Of a stretch of DNA of 64,000 bases, positions 52,501-64,000 are shown piece after piece. Position 1 is the stretch's first letter. Every line of letters begins with the position of its first letter. The notes below the pieces were generated by a model that did not search any database, was not told the origin of the DNA, and was given only the letters and a program-made list of their open reading frames with translations. A program made the translations under genes and the position numbers. Origin of the DNA: Schmidtea polychroa (Eukaryota). Location of the stretch: positions 72,974,001-73,038,000 of the forward strand of contig CM097888.1 in assembly GCA_044892525.1 (NCBI GenBank). Direction: 5' to 3'.

Positions 52501-55500
52501 TCAATAGACTGTAGACTTATCAAGTTATCAGCCTTACTGCTAATTCCCACCTGTTAAACCGAAATATACTGTACTGCACATAAGATAGCCCTTTTCAATT
52601 TCAATCTTATAGTCGAAAATTTTTTCAATTGTATTAAATACATTATTCGCAGCAAAAGGTTTAAATTATCATTTAATTGTTTTAAATTTAATTAATGCTG
52701 CTACGAAGTAATCATCACTTTATACTATTATTGTTGTTATTATTATTAATTTTTTTAAATCCCCAATACTACCGTCATATGACGAGTACTTATTTTAGTG
52801 AGAAAACAAAAATTAATATAAATCAAGAAAGTGAATTTCTCAAGATCGTTACAAAGATGTTTCAAAAAGTGTCGAATTATGAGTAGAGAAAGCTTGAATT
52901 CTCACAACTTCGAACAATTGAAACAATTAGACTAGATGAAAACTAATAAACAACAGATTTGATTCAATCTGTCAAAATCCGAAATTAATAATCAAATTAA
53001 GCATTTAAATAAATCGAACTTACACTATTGAAACATTGACTATTGACCAACAGTTTTAGAAATTCAGATATCCTTGAATTGTAGTCTGTAAATTTATTCC
53101 TATCAAATTTATAAATTCCGCCACTTTCAATTATGCATTCTCGATAATGACCTATCAAAAACAGTATCAGATTTCTATAAAAATACAAATTATTATATCA
53201 TAATTTATAATGAGTGCGAAAACTTTCTATCTTTGCAAACCACGCTACGAAAATCTCCTGGACGATATTAAATGAATACAAATAAATTTGCCTCGACTTT
53301 CCTTTTAATTATATTAGAAAATATCGGTTGATTACAGATGCTCAATATTTTCTTTTCTATTTATTTTATCGTTTTATTGTACGTTAAATCCAACTAATGA
53401 ACGAATTAATTAATTAATTATATTTTCAACCTCCTATTGATCAACCTTTTCGTTTTTAAAATTTTGCATTCCATTTTCAATTAATAAAATGTAAAAACAA
53501 ATTTACAATTTCAAAGTTTAATTTTTAGTATTAAAAAATCAAATGTTTAAAACATGGGTTAACAAAGTAACATTTAATGCGGCCCGCTGATTATTTTTTT
53601 GCTTAGTTTTAAAAACATAATTTTTTATTGTTCAATGTTGCTTTTGAAATTTTTTTGTCAATTTAAATAATTTTGTCTTTGTAGAAAACCTCAAAAATAA
53701 ATTTTTATATTAAAAGAAACGATTATTAAAAATTTATTTTATTGCATAAAAATTTTTTTTAATAAAAGTCATTTATAAAATAATCTTCATTAATAAAAAA
53801 ATATATCTAATTACATAATTATCTTCATAAAAAACTATAATAATATGTTTAACTCCCATTTTTATTATTTAATCATATTTACATTGTTTATTTAATATAG
53901 TTTTTAATAGCCGCTACAAAACTTGATTTAAAATTTTTATTTTTTTTGATTAATTTTTTAAAAAAAAAATTAAATTTGAGACAGTTATGAATGAGAAAAA
54001 GCGAAAGTTAAAAGATGAAAATCGAAAGTTTCAAAATAAAAATTCCGTTTTGAAACCCGGTGTGTGACCCGTAAATTATAATTTTGATTAATTCTTGAAG
54101 AATTTGGCCTTAAAGAGAAAAAAGTTTGATAACTCATGATTTAAAAGATATATTGCGATTTAAAGGTTTAATTGCTATCTATTTGAATTGTTTTCAGTCA
54201 AATTGTCTTAGTTGAATTGTTTTAGTTGAATTGAGTTTTAGTCATATTGTTGTTAGTTGAATTAGTTTATTTACAAGGCCAGGTAACGTATTTTTTGCAA
54301 TATTTGCAAATAATAATTTTGTTCATAAACACAAATTAATTACATTTAATTTGGATATTATTTATCTTAAGATGTAGAGGCACGGTAAAAACTTAGAAGC
54401 TGACCAGAAAATGGAATGTTACAGGATGCTACATACTAAATATAATCAGATTTTGAAATGATTATCTGTAAGTATGTTATCATATGTAGACTTTATAATT
54501 TTCATGTGAGTTCACACTGAAAAGCGACAGCTCTTTAGAAAAGATATTTTTCTTTTTTGAAAAAATTTATTAATAACTATTATTAAATATTGCTTTATTA
54601 AAAATATTAGTTTTTAACATGTTTGTTTTTATAGTGGCGTATTGATTTTAGAAAAAACGTCTGCACTTTCTTCGTTTTTTTTCTTGAAATGGAGTGTATC
54701 AGATACCAAAGATTGAATGCGAATTAATATCAAATTTATCAGTTGTCTAAGAAAAGTGAAACAATTTTTGTTTGTTAAAGATGAAAATAGTAAAAGTAAA
54801 AATAAAAAATAATAATTTCTTATTTAGACTCGGTCGAATGTCCAGGGATCAATGACTTATACACTTTATTAGTTGAAGATTTTAGTTAATTAATCGAAAT
54901 ATGTCATGAGAAGTACATTTTTAAATGGTGTTATTTTGCTATTTGAATCGCCACGTTTATTTAATTGATACTATTTTAAATCTATACTATAAAACAGAAA
55001 ATAAACGTGTTTGTCTGTACTTCACAAGAACTTCTCCAAAAGGGTGAACAATAGTGACGTGAAATTTGCAAATGTCATTCTGGCTGTCATTTTAAGTCAA
55101 ATTGTACTGTTATCAACTTTCAACTTTTTTCACTCAAAGTCATAGACTTAGATTTGACAGACGAATATATCTAATATGGGCGCCTGTATGGGATAATGTC
55201 AAGGGCGATAGCATTGTTCATCATCGCTAATGAGACTAAAATATTATATAATGTCAAGTATTGAAATAATTTTCTATCAACAGAATGAATAAAATTAATT
55301 ATGAATAAAAAATAAGTTTGAATCTATTTGAGACCTAGTTGGGTAATAAAGCAAGTTATATTAGATTTCTTAAATTTTTAATTTCAAAAGAAATTATTTA
55401 TTTTAAACACAATTTATAGAATTATCAAATATTTATATCAAATTTTGGAAAATAGCTTAAATTTTAAAACTTATCTCACTAAAAATGTTTTTCAATTACT

Positions 55501-56658
55501 CAGATAATTTAATGTTATTCTTATTATAATTATATTATAATTATATTCTTATTACCAATTAAAATTGCAATCAATGTTCGAAATAATAATGAATAAACAT
55601 GAAATCCTTTCTTGTATTCATTATACATCGTTTCTTCTTTGTCATTAATATTCCACGGAATATTTGAAATCATATTTCTGATTTGCATGGGGGAATTCTG
55701 AGAAACACTATCATCAACACTACTGAGAACACTTATAAAGAAAGTTCTCTATAACCAAAAAATTACACTTAACCGATAAAAGAAAATCTACTATAAATTT
55801 AGGAACTTTGAAACGTTTTGCAGTTTCTTTTTCATTGTCGCATCCTCCAACCATTCGGGATTCACCTCTATCCAAATCAACTAATAATGCTTCATTCCAA
55901 TAATCAACTTTGGCTAGAATCTGAAATTGAAATAATAAATATGAAAACTGTTTCTATATTTACCTAATCGAATGATAAATTTTAATTNNNNNNNNNNNNN
56001 NNNNNNNNNNNNNNNNNNNNNNNNNNNNNNNNNNNNNNNNNNNNNNNNNNNNNNNNNNNNNNNNNNNNNNNNNNNNNNNNNNNNNNNNNNNNNNNNNNNN
56101 NNNNNNNNNNNNNNNNNNNNNNNNNNNNNNNNNNNNNNNNNNNNNNNCAAAAATAAAAATTAATTAATTAACTAAACTATTGATATTTGAAAAAAAGAAA
56201 AAATTAATCTTTTGTCAAGTAAAGGATTGATATGGATTAAAGCAATAAATTAATTTTTTTTTAAATGAAGATAAAAGAAATAATTAAATCATTTATGTTT
56301 CAAAGCTAAAAGCTAATCTTTATATGATGTAATATGGAAATTGGTTATTCAACTTATATAGCATTTTTGTAACCAATGCAAAAGGAGGTATTGGTATCAT
56401 TTTGAGTATAGGCTTTGATTTTCGGAATTTAATAAATATGCCTTTCTCTATCTAATTTTTGAGTAATCAAATCAATGATTGAAAGAATTATAATAAGAAT
56501 AGGGTTATATAACGATATAAAGTTGAAAGAAAATCGCTATATTGCTTTTAAAATTTTTCGTATAAAATTAAAATAAACATTTCAGAATATTAAATTATTC
56601 AAAAAATATTAAAGCTTACAGGTTCCATACAACTATGAATGCCCAGCATACAGCAATT
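46536..56658 (-). CDS. DENN-domain protein (putative Rab GEF, DENND1/DENND2-like): cDENN-dDENN region and low-complexity Pro-rich tail
   Basis: Phase-consistent minus-strand exons: 56658-56620 (runs into gap; CMLGIHSCMEP), 55920-55792 (EALLVDLDRG), 55748-55556, 53151-53024 (LIGHYRECI...FLKLLVNSQCFNS), 52361-52239 (FIDERISLILNNETFNDRFDRE, cf. DENND1 FIDGRLDLLNSGEGFSDVFEEE from memory), 52025-51980, 49560-49538, 49481-49440, 49355-49266, 49122-48980, optional 48873-48787, 47002-46831, 46790-46691 (PARPPVP, NKPNPPLP), 46594-46536. The DENN-domain exons are strong; tail linkage and last exon are less certain. Confidence 0.8.
47060..48062 (+). mobile_element. hAT transposase relic inside a DENN gene intron
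   Basis: LKKLCEFVDIEYK, CMDCYQKSYEYLKFW, DDTKCFDQFCNL, dimerization-like LKICEYFFAIPSQNANVERIFSMIGGQWTKERNKF. Confidence 0.75.
48094..48705. mobile_element. hAT MITE (612 bp)
   Basis: TIRs CAGTGCCTCTCAAAGT / CAGTGTTTCTCAAACT; TSD CTTTACAC / CTTTGCAC (1 mismatch). Confidence 0.85.
51616..51739. repeat. Long hairpin (arms about 58 bp) in a family A copy
   Basis: ATATATCGATGTTTTTTGATACTCATGAATTTTCGACACTGCCTTTTTCAAGTGAATT-GAAGAA-AATTCACTTGAAAAAAAGGCAGTGCTGAAAATTCGTGAGAATCAAAAAACATCGATATAT. Confidence 0.9.
53553..54138 (+). mobile_element. SPIN-like hAT deletion derivative (586 bp)
   Basis: TIRs CATGGGTTAACAAAGT / CATGAGTTATCAAACT; TSD GTTTAAAA / ATTTAAAA. Internal MNEKKRKLKDENRKFQNK resembles the SPIN/GTF2IRD2 N-terminus. 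Confidence 0.75.
54981..55230 (+). mobile_element. Possible short non-autonomous Helitron
   Basis: A|TCTATACTATAAA 5' start; a small GCGAT...ATCGC hairpin followed by CTAA near 55228 (degenerate CTRR). Confidence 0.4.
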
Positions 56659-57450
56659 NNNNNNNNNNNNNNNNNNNNNNNNNNNNNNNNNNNNNNNNNN
56701 NNNNNNNNNNNNNNNNNNNNNNNNNNNNNNNNNNNNNNNNNNNNNNNNNNNNNNNNNNNNNNNNNNNNNNNNNNNNNNNNNNNNNNNNNNNNNNNNNNNN
56801 NNNNNNNNNNNNTATCACTATATTCATGTAAAAATGACAGAAACACACGAAAATCATGCAAAACCATAAAATAATATTAAACATGCAATCTAAAAAAATT
56901 CACAAATAAAGGCTATAAATAATGTTAAAAAATAAATTTAATTTCAATATTTTAATATTAGAAATTCAAATGGGGCTATATATATCGGTAAAAGAAATAT
57001 TAATCTTCTTGACCTTTGACCTATTTTCATTTACAATTTTGTTTATCTTCCCTTCTTTTAGACTATAGATCAATTTTTAGTATTCTTTTTAATACGAATT
57101 TAACAAATTAGAATAGAAGAAAATTTAAATATTGAAAAAAAAGAAATACAAAAGATATACAGAATTGCATTTAAGTAGACAGATATTAGACCTCTGCAGC
57201 AACCACTCCTCCCACTTCCCCTAATGAAGGCTAATGGGTTTTTTGACTAATAATTTTTCAGTTCAAAATGAACTACAGTGCAGAGGGCCAATGCGTTTTT
57301 TTGTCAATGTGAATCACTATAGTGAAGGAGTATTTTAGCCTAAGGGATTTGTGTACATGGAATTTGGCTCTCGCTAAAAAAATGTGTGCACCGTGAGTTA
57401 TCATGGTTATGTGAATAGTGAGGGGGTATTTTAGGTCTCAGGTATTTTTT

Positions 57451-58540
57451 ACACAGAGAATTCGGCTCTCGTTAAAAAAGGCCTAAAATAAATTCTCTTT
57501 AAAAAGCCTAAATATTTTGTAGGTCTCTGGCATTTTTTGTACTATATTTAGACCTTCATTAAAAAGTCAAAGTATTTTTTTGATCCCGTATTTTTTGTAC
57601 AGGAATTTATAGTAAGATATTTTTTGGAAGCAGCGCTAATTAAATGTTAATCAATCAAATGATTAAGCCTTTTAAGTATATATTATATAGTTGAACATTT
57701 TTTCATTTGTATTCAATATATAATTTGCAGCAAAAGGCTTATANNNNNNNNNNNNNNNNNNNNNNNNNNNNNNNNNNNNNNNNNNNNNNNNNNNNNNNNN
57801 NNNNNNNNNNNNNNNNNNNNNNNNNNNNNNNNNNNNNNNNNNNNNNNNNNNNNNNNNNNNNNNNNNNNNNNNATTCAAATATGCATAAAAAACTATCTTT
57901 GAAAATTATTACATTAAAATTAGCATTAAAAAATTCATTACTTTTTTAAATTTCCCAGGCGACATCGATTCTTAAAACGTGCAAAATTCAGTGAATACAT
58001 GTGTTTTAAGTGTTTTTAAATAGTTTTTTATAAATTATATATATGGATTGTTGTTGTTAAATTAAATAATTATTAAATTATTAAATTGGATAATTTAAAT
58101 TTCAATATTCTATTACTTTAATTTTTCAGAAGACATCGTTTCTTAAAATATGTTATATTCAATAAAATACTTATTAAAAAATTATTAGTACTATACTTTT
58201 AATTATTACTTAAATTTACTCTATTTACTTTAATTTAATTGTTTAACCTAATTTCTCACAAGACCTCGATTTTTCAAAATATCTTTCAATAAATTTTAAA
58301 TTATTACTTTAATTTACTTATTTTTTAAATTATTAGCTTAATTTCTCAGGTGACATGGATTATTCAAAATATCTTAGTGTAAATTCCTGTAAAAAAAATC
58401 ATGGGATCAAAATAATACTTTGACTTTTTAACGAGGGCCTAAATTTAGTATAAAAATTCTCAGAGACCTAAAAAATATTTAGGCTTTTTAACGAGAATTT
58501 ATTTTAGGCCTTTCTTATTGAGAGCAGAATTCCCTGTATT
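57451..58540. mobile_element. Fold-back element with about 160-bp inverted arms and internal tandem sub-repeats
   Basis: 57451-57610 is the reverse complement of about 58380-58540. The interior has 4 copies of TTAATTT.TCA...GAC.T.GATT.TT.AAAA (about 57945, 58120, 58250, 58340). Confidence 0.75.
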
Positions 58541-58654
58541 GTTTAATATAGTACATTTTTTTCCCAATAAAAATTGCTTAGAAAAACAAAAACACTTTTC
58601 ATTACCTACACATTTGCAAGCATAATCATCTACAATAGCTATTTTATAAAGTAA

Positions 58655-59050
58655 CTAGCTGGAATTCCAGACGCTGCACGTGGTTATTTTGAAGATAAAA
58701 AAATATTACGAACGGCCTCATGTAGTGATGTGAAACTAACAAAGAAAAAGATAATTATATGAAAATTTCATCCATATTCATCCAAATATACCGTACCGTG
58801 AGAATGAAATAATAAAGACACAAAAAAGAGAAAGAAAAAAAATAATAAATGTTCTAAAATCCTCTAAAAAACCGAATTTTCACGTTATTTTTTCGGATAA
58901 AAGTTTTGTCATTTTTTTAGAATTAGAAGTTTATTATGTCTTTACGTTTTTAACTTGAAAAATTGAATACATTTGTCTATCTTTTACCCATTATTTGAAG
59001 TTTATATATCCGGACTTACAAACACACATACTTTCATTTTTATAAAGTAA
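58655..59050 (-). mobile_element. Non-autonomous Helitron-like element
   Basis: Minus strand starts ...TATAAAAATGAAAGTATGTGTGTTTGT and ends CCACGTGCAGCGTCTGGAATTCCAGCTAG|T. Confidence 0.7.
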
Positions 59051-59204
59051 TAATTTCTTGTCGAGTCTACATACATATTGGGCGCACCACATAAGTATCC
59101 TAGTAAAGCTTTAAAAATACGATACCGTATATTTAAACAATACAAGAAAAATTCTTATTTCGATAATAAATATGTCTTAGTAGAATGTTATGCATGTGGA
59201 CCAC

Positions 59205-59207
<3 letters not shown>

Positions 59208-59250
<43 letters not shown>
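59208..59250. repeat. (TA)n microsatellite
   Basis: About 21 TA units. Confidence 0.95.
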
Positions 59251-59257
<7 letters not shown>

Positions 59258-61990
59258 TATATAACTTGGAAACATTTACACATTCATATTAAAAAAAATA
59301 CTATATGAACACTAACCCAATAATTCACAATCTGCTAAATAATACCCGATAAATCAAAAGTTATATTATACATGAAATTTTAACAAAACTTTATAAATTT
59401 CTGCAATTAAATTCTTTAATTGAATATCTTTTTCATTAATTTTTTTCACATCTTCCTTTAATTATTAATTATAGACCAATTTTTATTATATAATACAATA
59501 AAGTGATAATTTAAGCCTTTTACAGCGAATAATGTATTTAATGAAAAAGGCTTAAATAATCCCTTTATTGTTTTAAATAATAAATGATGCTACCAAGAAA
59601 TCATCACTTTATAATTTTTATTATAATAGGAAATATACACTAAAATTGAATAATAAAGGAACTCTTGGTTTGCGCGAATTTAGATAGTTTTTTATTGGAA
59701 AAATGTTTCGAAAATTAAGAATTATATCAATGCTATTAGCAAACACATGTATTAACAAAACCTCAGGATTTAGTGCTAAATAAATATAAATAAATAAATA
59801 TAATCGAAAACTAAATGAAAATAAAGAAATTTATAGTAAGAATAATGAAAAAAATTATTGTTTTTAGTTTGATTTTATATCTATAATATGTATAGTTCTA
59901 AATAGATTAATAAATAATTAATTCCTTAAAAAATTAAATGGAAAATAAACAAAATTCTAGTCAATAAAATGAATTTTCTGATGAAAAGCAAGTGAATGGA
60001 GATCTGTAAAAATAAATAGTACTTTTTCTGAATAAAATAGACAAACTTTACAGTTAAAAAAAATTTATGTCGATTAACATTTAAAAAATTTCCATATTTT
60101 ACGTTGAATTATTTGTCATTATAATTATGTTGGAGTTAACTGTAGCGGAAACTACAGATTTTGAAAATCTTTCAAACTTTTAGTCTAATTTTAGTTACGT
60201 TTGTAATACGAACTAACGATTTATTTTTTATAACTATAATAATAATTGTAATGATTTGATTATCCTCCCACCCAAATTTTATTATTATTGTTTTATCAAA
60301 TAAAAAAACTATAGTTTAATTCTCTATAGTAAATTATTACTATAGAAAATTTTAAAAAATCAATAAAACATTAAATTTAAATATAAAAATATTTCCCATT
60401 TCAAATCAAGAATGTCTGAACAAGAATGATTCATGAAAATATTGAAAATGTTGAAAATAATCATGAAATTGATGCAAAAATTATGAAAATGTTCCTGAAA
60501 AGAAGCATGATCTGTTTCTGAAAATAATTATGAAAATGTTGAAAATAATGAAAATGGCGTCATTAATAATAATAATAATACGCATAATACAGCATTATTA
60601 GAAAATGTTCAATAATTCTAATCAAACTTCAACATGTGCAATGAATTGCAAATCAATTTATTTTAATAAGTACAAATAAATGTGACATAATTTTTATTTT
60701 TCTGATTAATTATTAATTAATAATACTATTGATTTCATATTAAAATGGTAAATACTGAAAGTTACATTGAATTCGGACAAAATGTTTTTTATAATTCAAA
60801 AATAATAGATATACACATTCCAATTTTGCAAATTACAACAGGAAAAACTCATGCTTCATTTCCAAAAATGTTTGAAACCATAAAAAAATAATTTCACTTT
60901 AAATAAACAAATAATCTCACTTCATAATTAAAATATCAATTAAATTCTAGATTAATCTGTAATTGATTTAACTGACCTTCAGACTTAAATCAATAACGGA
61001 TTTTAAACATAAATTTTTATCTATAATATATAAATTTTACGAAGAATAAAATAAAACTATTATCATTTAAAATTTATTTACTTTAAACTATTAAAAATAA
61101 TTAGAAAATCAATTAAACAAAATATAAAAATTGATATTGAATTAAGAATATATTTTTACAAGAATTAAAATTGAATATTGAATTAATTGATATTTCATAA
61201 TAAATATTATCATTTATATATCAATTAAAAAACTTGTAGACAATGAATCAGTAAATATATCAAAAACATCGATATATTACTGATTCATAGTCTTCAAGCT
61301 TTTTAATAAATACAGTGGAAAAGAAATGAGTGGTGAAATTGGAAAAAAAGTTCTTATAATTTATATGTTAAGTTTAATTCTTTTAAATTATCCGGAAAAT
61401 GTCACGTAAGATGAATTTTAACTCGGTTCAAAAATTGCATTGTTTAATTTTATTTCACAATTTGAAAAGGAATTATTCATCGAAAAATTAAATTAATTTA
61501 TTTCCTCGAATCATAATCAAAAGTTTTACGGTTTTCATCCATTAGTTTCTCTATTAAAACCGGAAGCGTTGACAAAATCTTTATATATTTCAAACATTAA
61601 TCACATGTTTTTCAAACTAATCAAACAAATTTTCAAATTGAAATCTAACATTTCTCACTAAAAACTGATATGAAAATTAATTTATAGGAAATTGAAAACA
61701 ATTTTTTCCATTAAATTTTATTGAAAATCAATAAATAAAAATTTAAAGTTCAAAATTAATATTGATGAAACTAATTTAGTCATTGTGACACNNNNNNNNN
61801 NNNNNNNNNNNNNNNNNNNNNNNNNNNNNNNNNNNNNNNNNNNNNNNNNNNNNNNNNNNNNNNNNNNNNNNNNNNNNNNNNNNNNNNNNNNNNNNNNNNN
61901 NNNNNNNNNNNNNNNNNNNNNNNNNNNNNNNNNNNNGTCGACTGGCAGTGTAGATCTCCGTAGATCAATCAAGCATTTGAATAATCAAAC

Positions 61991-62332
61991 AGAATAATTA
62001 TTCAGAAGTTCGCTGATCTCTAGCTATAATTATTCACGACACATTTCAAACTAACAATCGCAAACACTAATCGCACAGCATCAATAACTTCATCGCCGTG
62101 TAAACATCGAATAGTTAACTATAAATACAAACAATTTATTTACGTATCGTGATATAATACTGAAAGATTTACATTAGTAAGAAATCCAAATAAAAAGAAA
62201 TTCAATGGCTAATGGACAGGTTGTGATAAAATATCTCAATGGTTTTCAAAAAGCGATACATAAGGACCAAAACAATACTTCAGAATATGTGAGGCCTCAG
62301 AAAAATAATCGAACCATAGAATATAAACTCTA
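61991..62332 (-). CDS. Candidate 5' (uDENN) exons of the DENN gene
   Basis: Exons 62332-62260 (SEASHILKYCFGPY, resembles uDENN xxFCFP), 62208-62173, 62118-62056 and about 62017-61991, separated by 38-54 bp GT-AG introns in compatible phase. The link to the downstream exons is lost in N gaps. Confidence 0.45.
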
Positions 62333-63334
62333 CTGATCAAAAATAAATAAATTTCCTATTTTATTACGGTTCAAGTGTTTTTTCTCTGTGACTTTTCAAA
62401 ATTACGATTGAATATAGTACGATAGATATATTAAAATGTATAATATATCTATCGTAGAAACAAATTGATTTGACTTTTTATATACTTTTATGAATGTAAG
62501 CATACCGGAATGTTATGTCATTAAAAATGTATTACTGAATATTTTCGTTTTTTAATTTAACAAAATGCTGTGAAATATTTTCTTATTTGGAAAATTGTTT
62601 GCTCATTTGTAAAGATAGTTAAAACATATACGGTTCCTGGAGAAATGAAAAATATTTTATGTTTTCATGAAAAGCAAAACTAGTTTATCATGCCAGATCC
62701 ACTCAAACTAATTTTCAATATTTAATATTTCAAATCAGTGGGATTAAGGGATTCATGGTCTTCAAAAGTTTCACTAGTTGTATATTAAAATACAATTTGA
62801 TTGTAGAAATAATTTTCAAGAAGAGTCTGCAATCTTATCATAAAGAAATAGAAGACAATATAGAATTGTTATCACAAGCAGTTTTTACGTTGTAAATAAG
62901 ATGACTTCTAATTTTAAATATAGTTTGCTCAAGTTGCATTTATGCAGGCCTGATTGTATTATATTTTTGGTCAATATATTTAGAAATAAACTATCATTTA
63001 GTAAATTTTTCACAAATTTAATTGACATATTTAGTAAGGTTGTTAGTAAAATTTTATATTTACTTTTTCACCAATGGTGGAAAATAAAAGTGACAAATTT
63101 TCAAGTCAGCCTCTACAATTAGTTTTGGAATCTGTAATAAATAATAAATTCGTAATAAATTCCTTGAGAAATTGACTAATGAAGAGCAACTTTTTATATA
63201 TCTGACCGAGCGTTAATCTTCGGATAGATATGCTATGAAGACTAATCTCATAAAAACATTTTGTAATTCGCTATAGTTATACTGTGAAACCAAATATTGT
63301 AGAAAACTCTTTAATTTCCAAAGAAAAAGTTATA

Positions 63335-63690
63335 TTACCTTAATTTTAAATTTTAGACCTTAATTTACTTATTTAAGCCCATGGATTATTTTACTTTATT
63401 TTAAAAATTTGGACAATAATTTACTTTAATTTAAAATTTGAGGCCATATTTAATTATTTGAGCCTATATTTTACTTAAATTTAAAATTCTAGACTATAAT
63501 TTACTTTAATTTTAAATTTTAGACCTTAGTTTACTTTAATTCAATTTTTAGACCCATAATTTACTTATTTAAGACCCTAATTTACTTTAATTTTAAATTT
63601 TAGACCTTAATTTATTTTGTAGACCACAATTTACTAATTTGAGCCCATTGATTACTTTAATTTAAAATTTAGACTCTAATTTGCCTATTT
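63335..63690. repeat. Degenerate AT-rich tandem array, units about 20-30 bp
   Basis: Recurrent TTTACTTTAATTTTAAATTTTAGACC.TAA. Confidence 0.8.
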
Positions 63691-63709
63691 ATCCTTAAAT
63701 TGCCATGCA

Positions 63710-64000
63710 TTTTTAGTGAGGACCCCTTTTTGCATTAAAAATCTCAGGACCAAAGAGACCCACCTTAATAATACTTAGAAAAATCCATGCTTTTTTAGTA
63801 GACTGATATTTGTATTGAAATTCTCAGGTTCAAGAATACCCCTCACTATACTTAGAAAAATCCATGCTTTTTTATCGAGAATTGAATTTTGTATTGAAAA
63901 TCCCAGGATCAATTGAGACCCCCTCACAATAGTCAGAGAAATTATGTCTTTTTTTCTAAAGACCCTTTTTGTATTGAAAATCCCAAAAAAAAGAAGTGTA
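63710..64000. repeat. Diverged 80-bp tandem repeat, about 3.5 copies, running off the window
   Basis: TG(T/C)ATT(G/A)AAA(A/T)T(C)(T/C)CAGG at about 63731, 63811, 63891 and 63970. Confidence 0.8.

Noticed and set aside
52800-52968. Acceptor at 52969 as the next DENN exon (IESNLLFISFHLV*)
   Set aside because: It gives an early stop; exon 52361-52239 instead supplies the expected FIDER continuation in phase.
61985-61987. In-frame TGA codons in coding-looking stretches (also about 41331 and 56857), suggesting TGA=Trp recoding
   Set aside because: Vigilin and Aurora use TGG for Trp and contain no internal TGA. The 61985 case coincides with a plausible GTTTGA donor, and TGG-to-TGA is a common decay mutation.
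5584-61997. ORFs containing long X runs, and ORFs made of (TA)n or T-rich sequence (e.g. 18481-18699, 27495-27746, 59078-59308)
   Set aside because: Artefacts of N gaps and low-complexity DNA.
1-64000. CRISPR arrays, tRNA, rRNA, telomeric arrays
   Set aside because: None seen; the tandem arrays lack unique spacers and the context is eukaryotic.

Overview
Very AT-rich eukaryotic (animal) draft-assembly DNA with many N gaps; the organism cannot be identified from this window. I reconstructed three spliced host genes by hand. (1) The 3' part of vigilin/HDLBP on + (11 exons, 293-26982). (2) A compact, apparently complete Aurora kinase on - (7 exons, 35664-31645, 296 aa). (3) A DENN-domain Rab GEF (DENND1/2-like) on - (at least 13 exons, 56658-46536, with weaker candidate 5' exons near 62.0-62.3 kb), which the ORF track largely misses. 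Introns are bimodal: about 40-58 bp, or kb-sized and packed with transposon debris. The debris includes mariner, Tc1/IS630, pogo, Tigger, several hAT families, five hAT MITEs with 8-bp TSDs, a piggyBac-like MITE, Helitron pieces, a Gypsy protease scrap and Penelope-like relics. Most notable observations: four hammerhead-ribozyme-like motifs (one nearly intact), three consecutive vigilin KH domains lacking the GxxG loop, a nearly N-terminus-less Aurora, an antisense duplicated zinc-knuckle ORF inside a Helitron 3' end, a 31-bp G-rich minisatellite with higher-order structure in the Aurora intron, a self-folding repeat family with variable centres, and back-to-back hAT leaders with micro-exon-like splice signals. 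I found no tRNA, rRNA or CRISPR array. All homology calls come from motif recognition and memory, not database searches. I see no firm evidence of a wholly new biological system.
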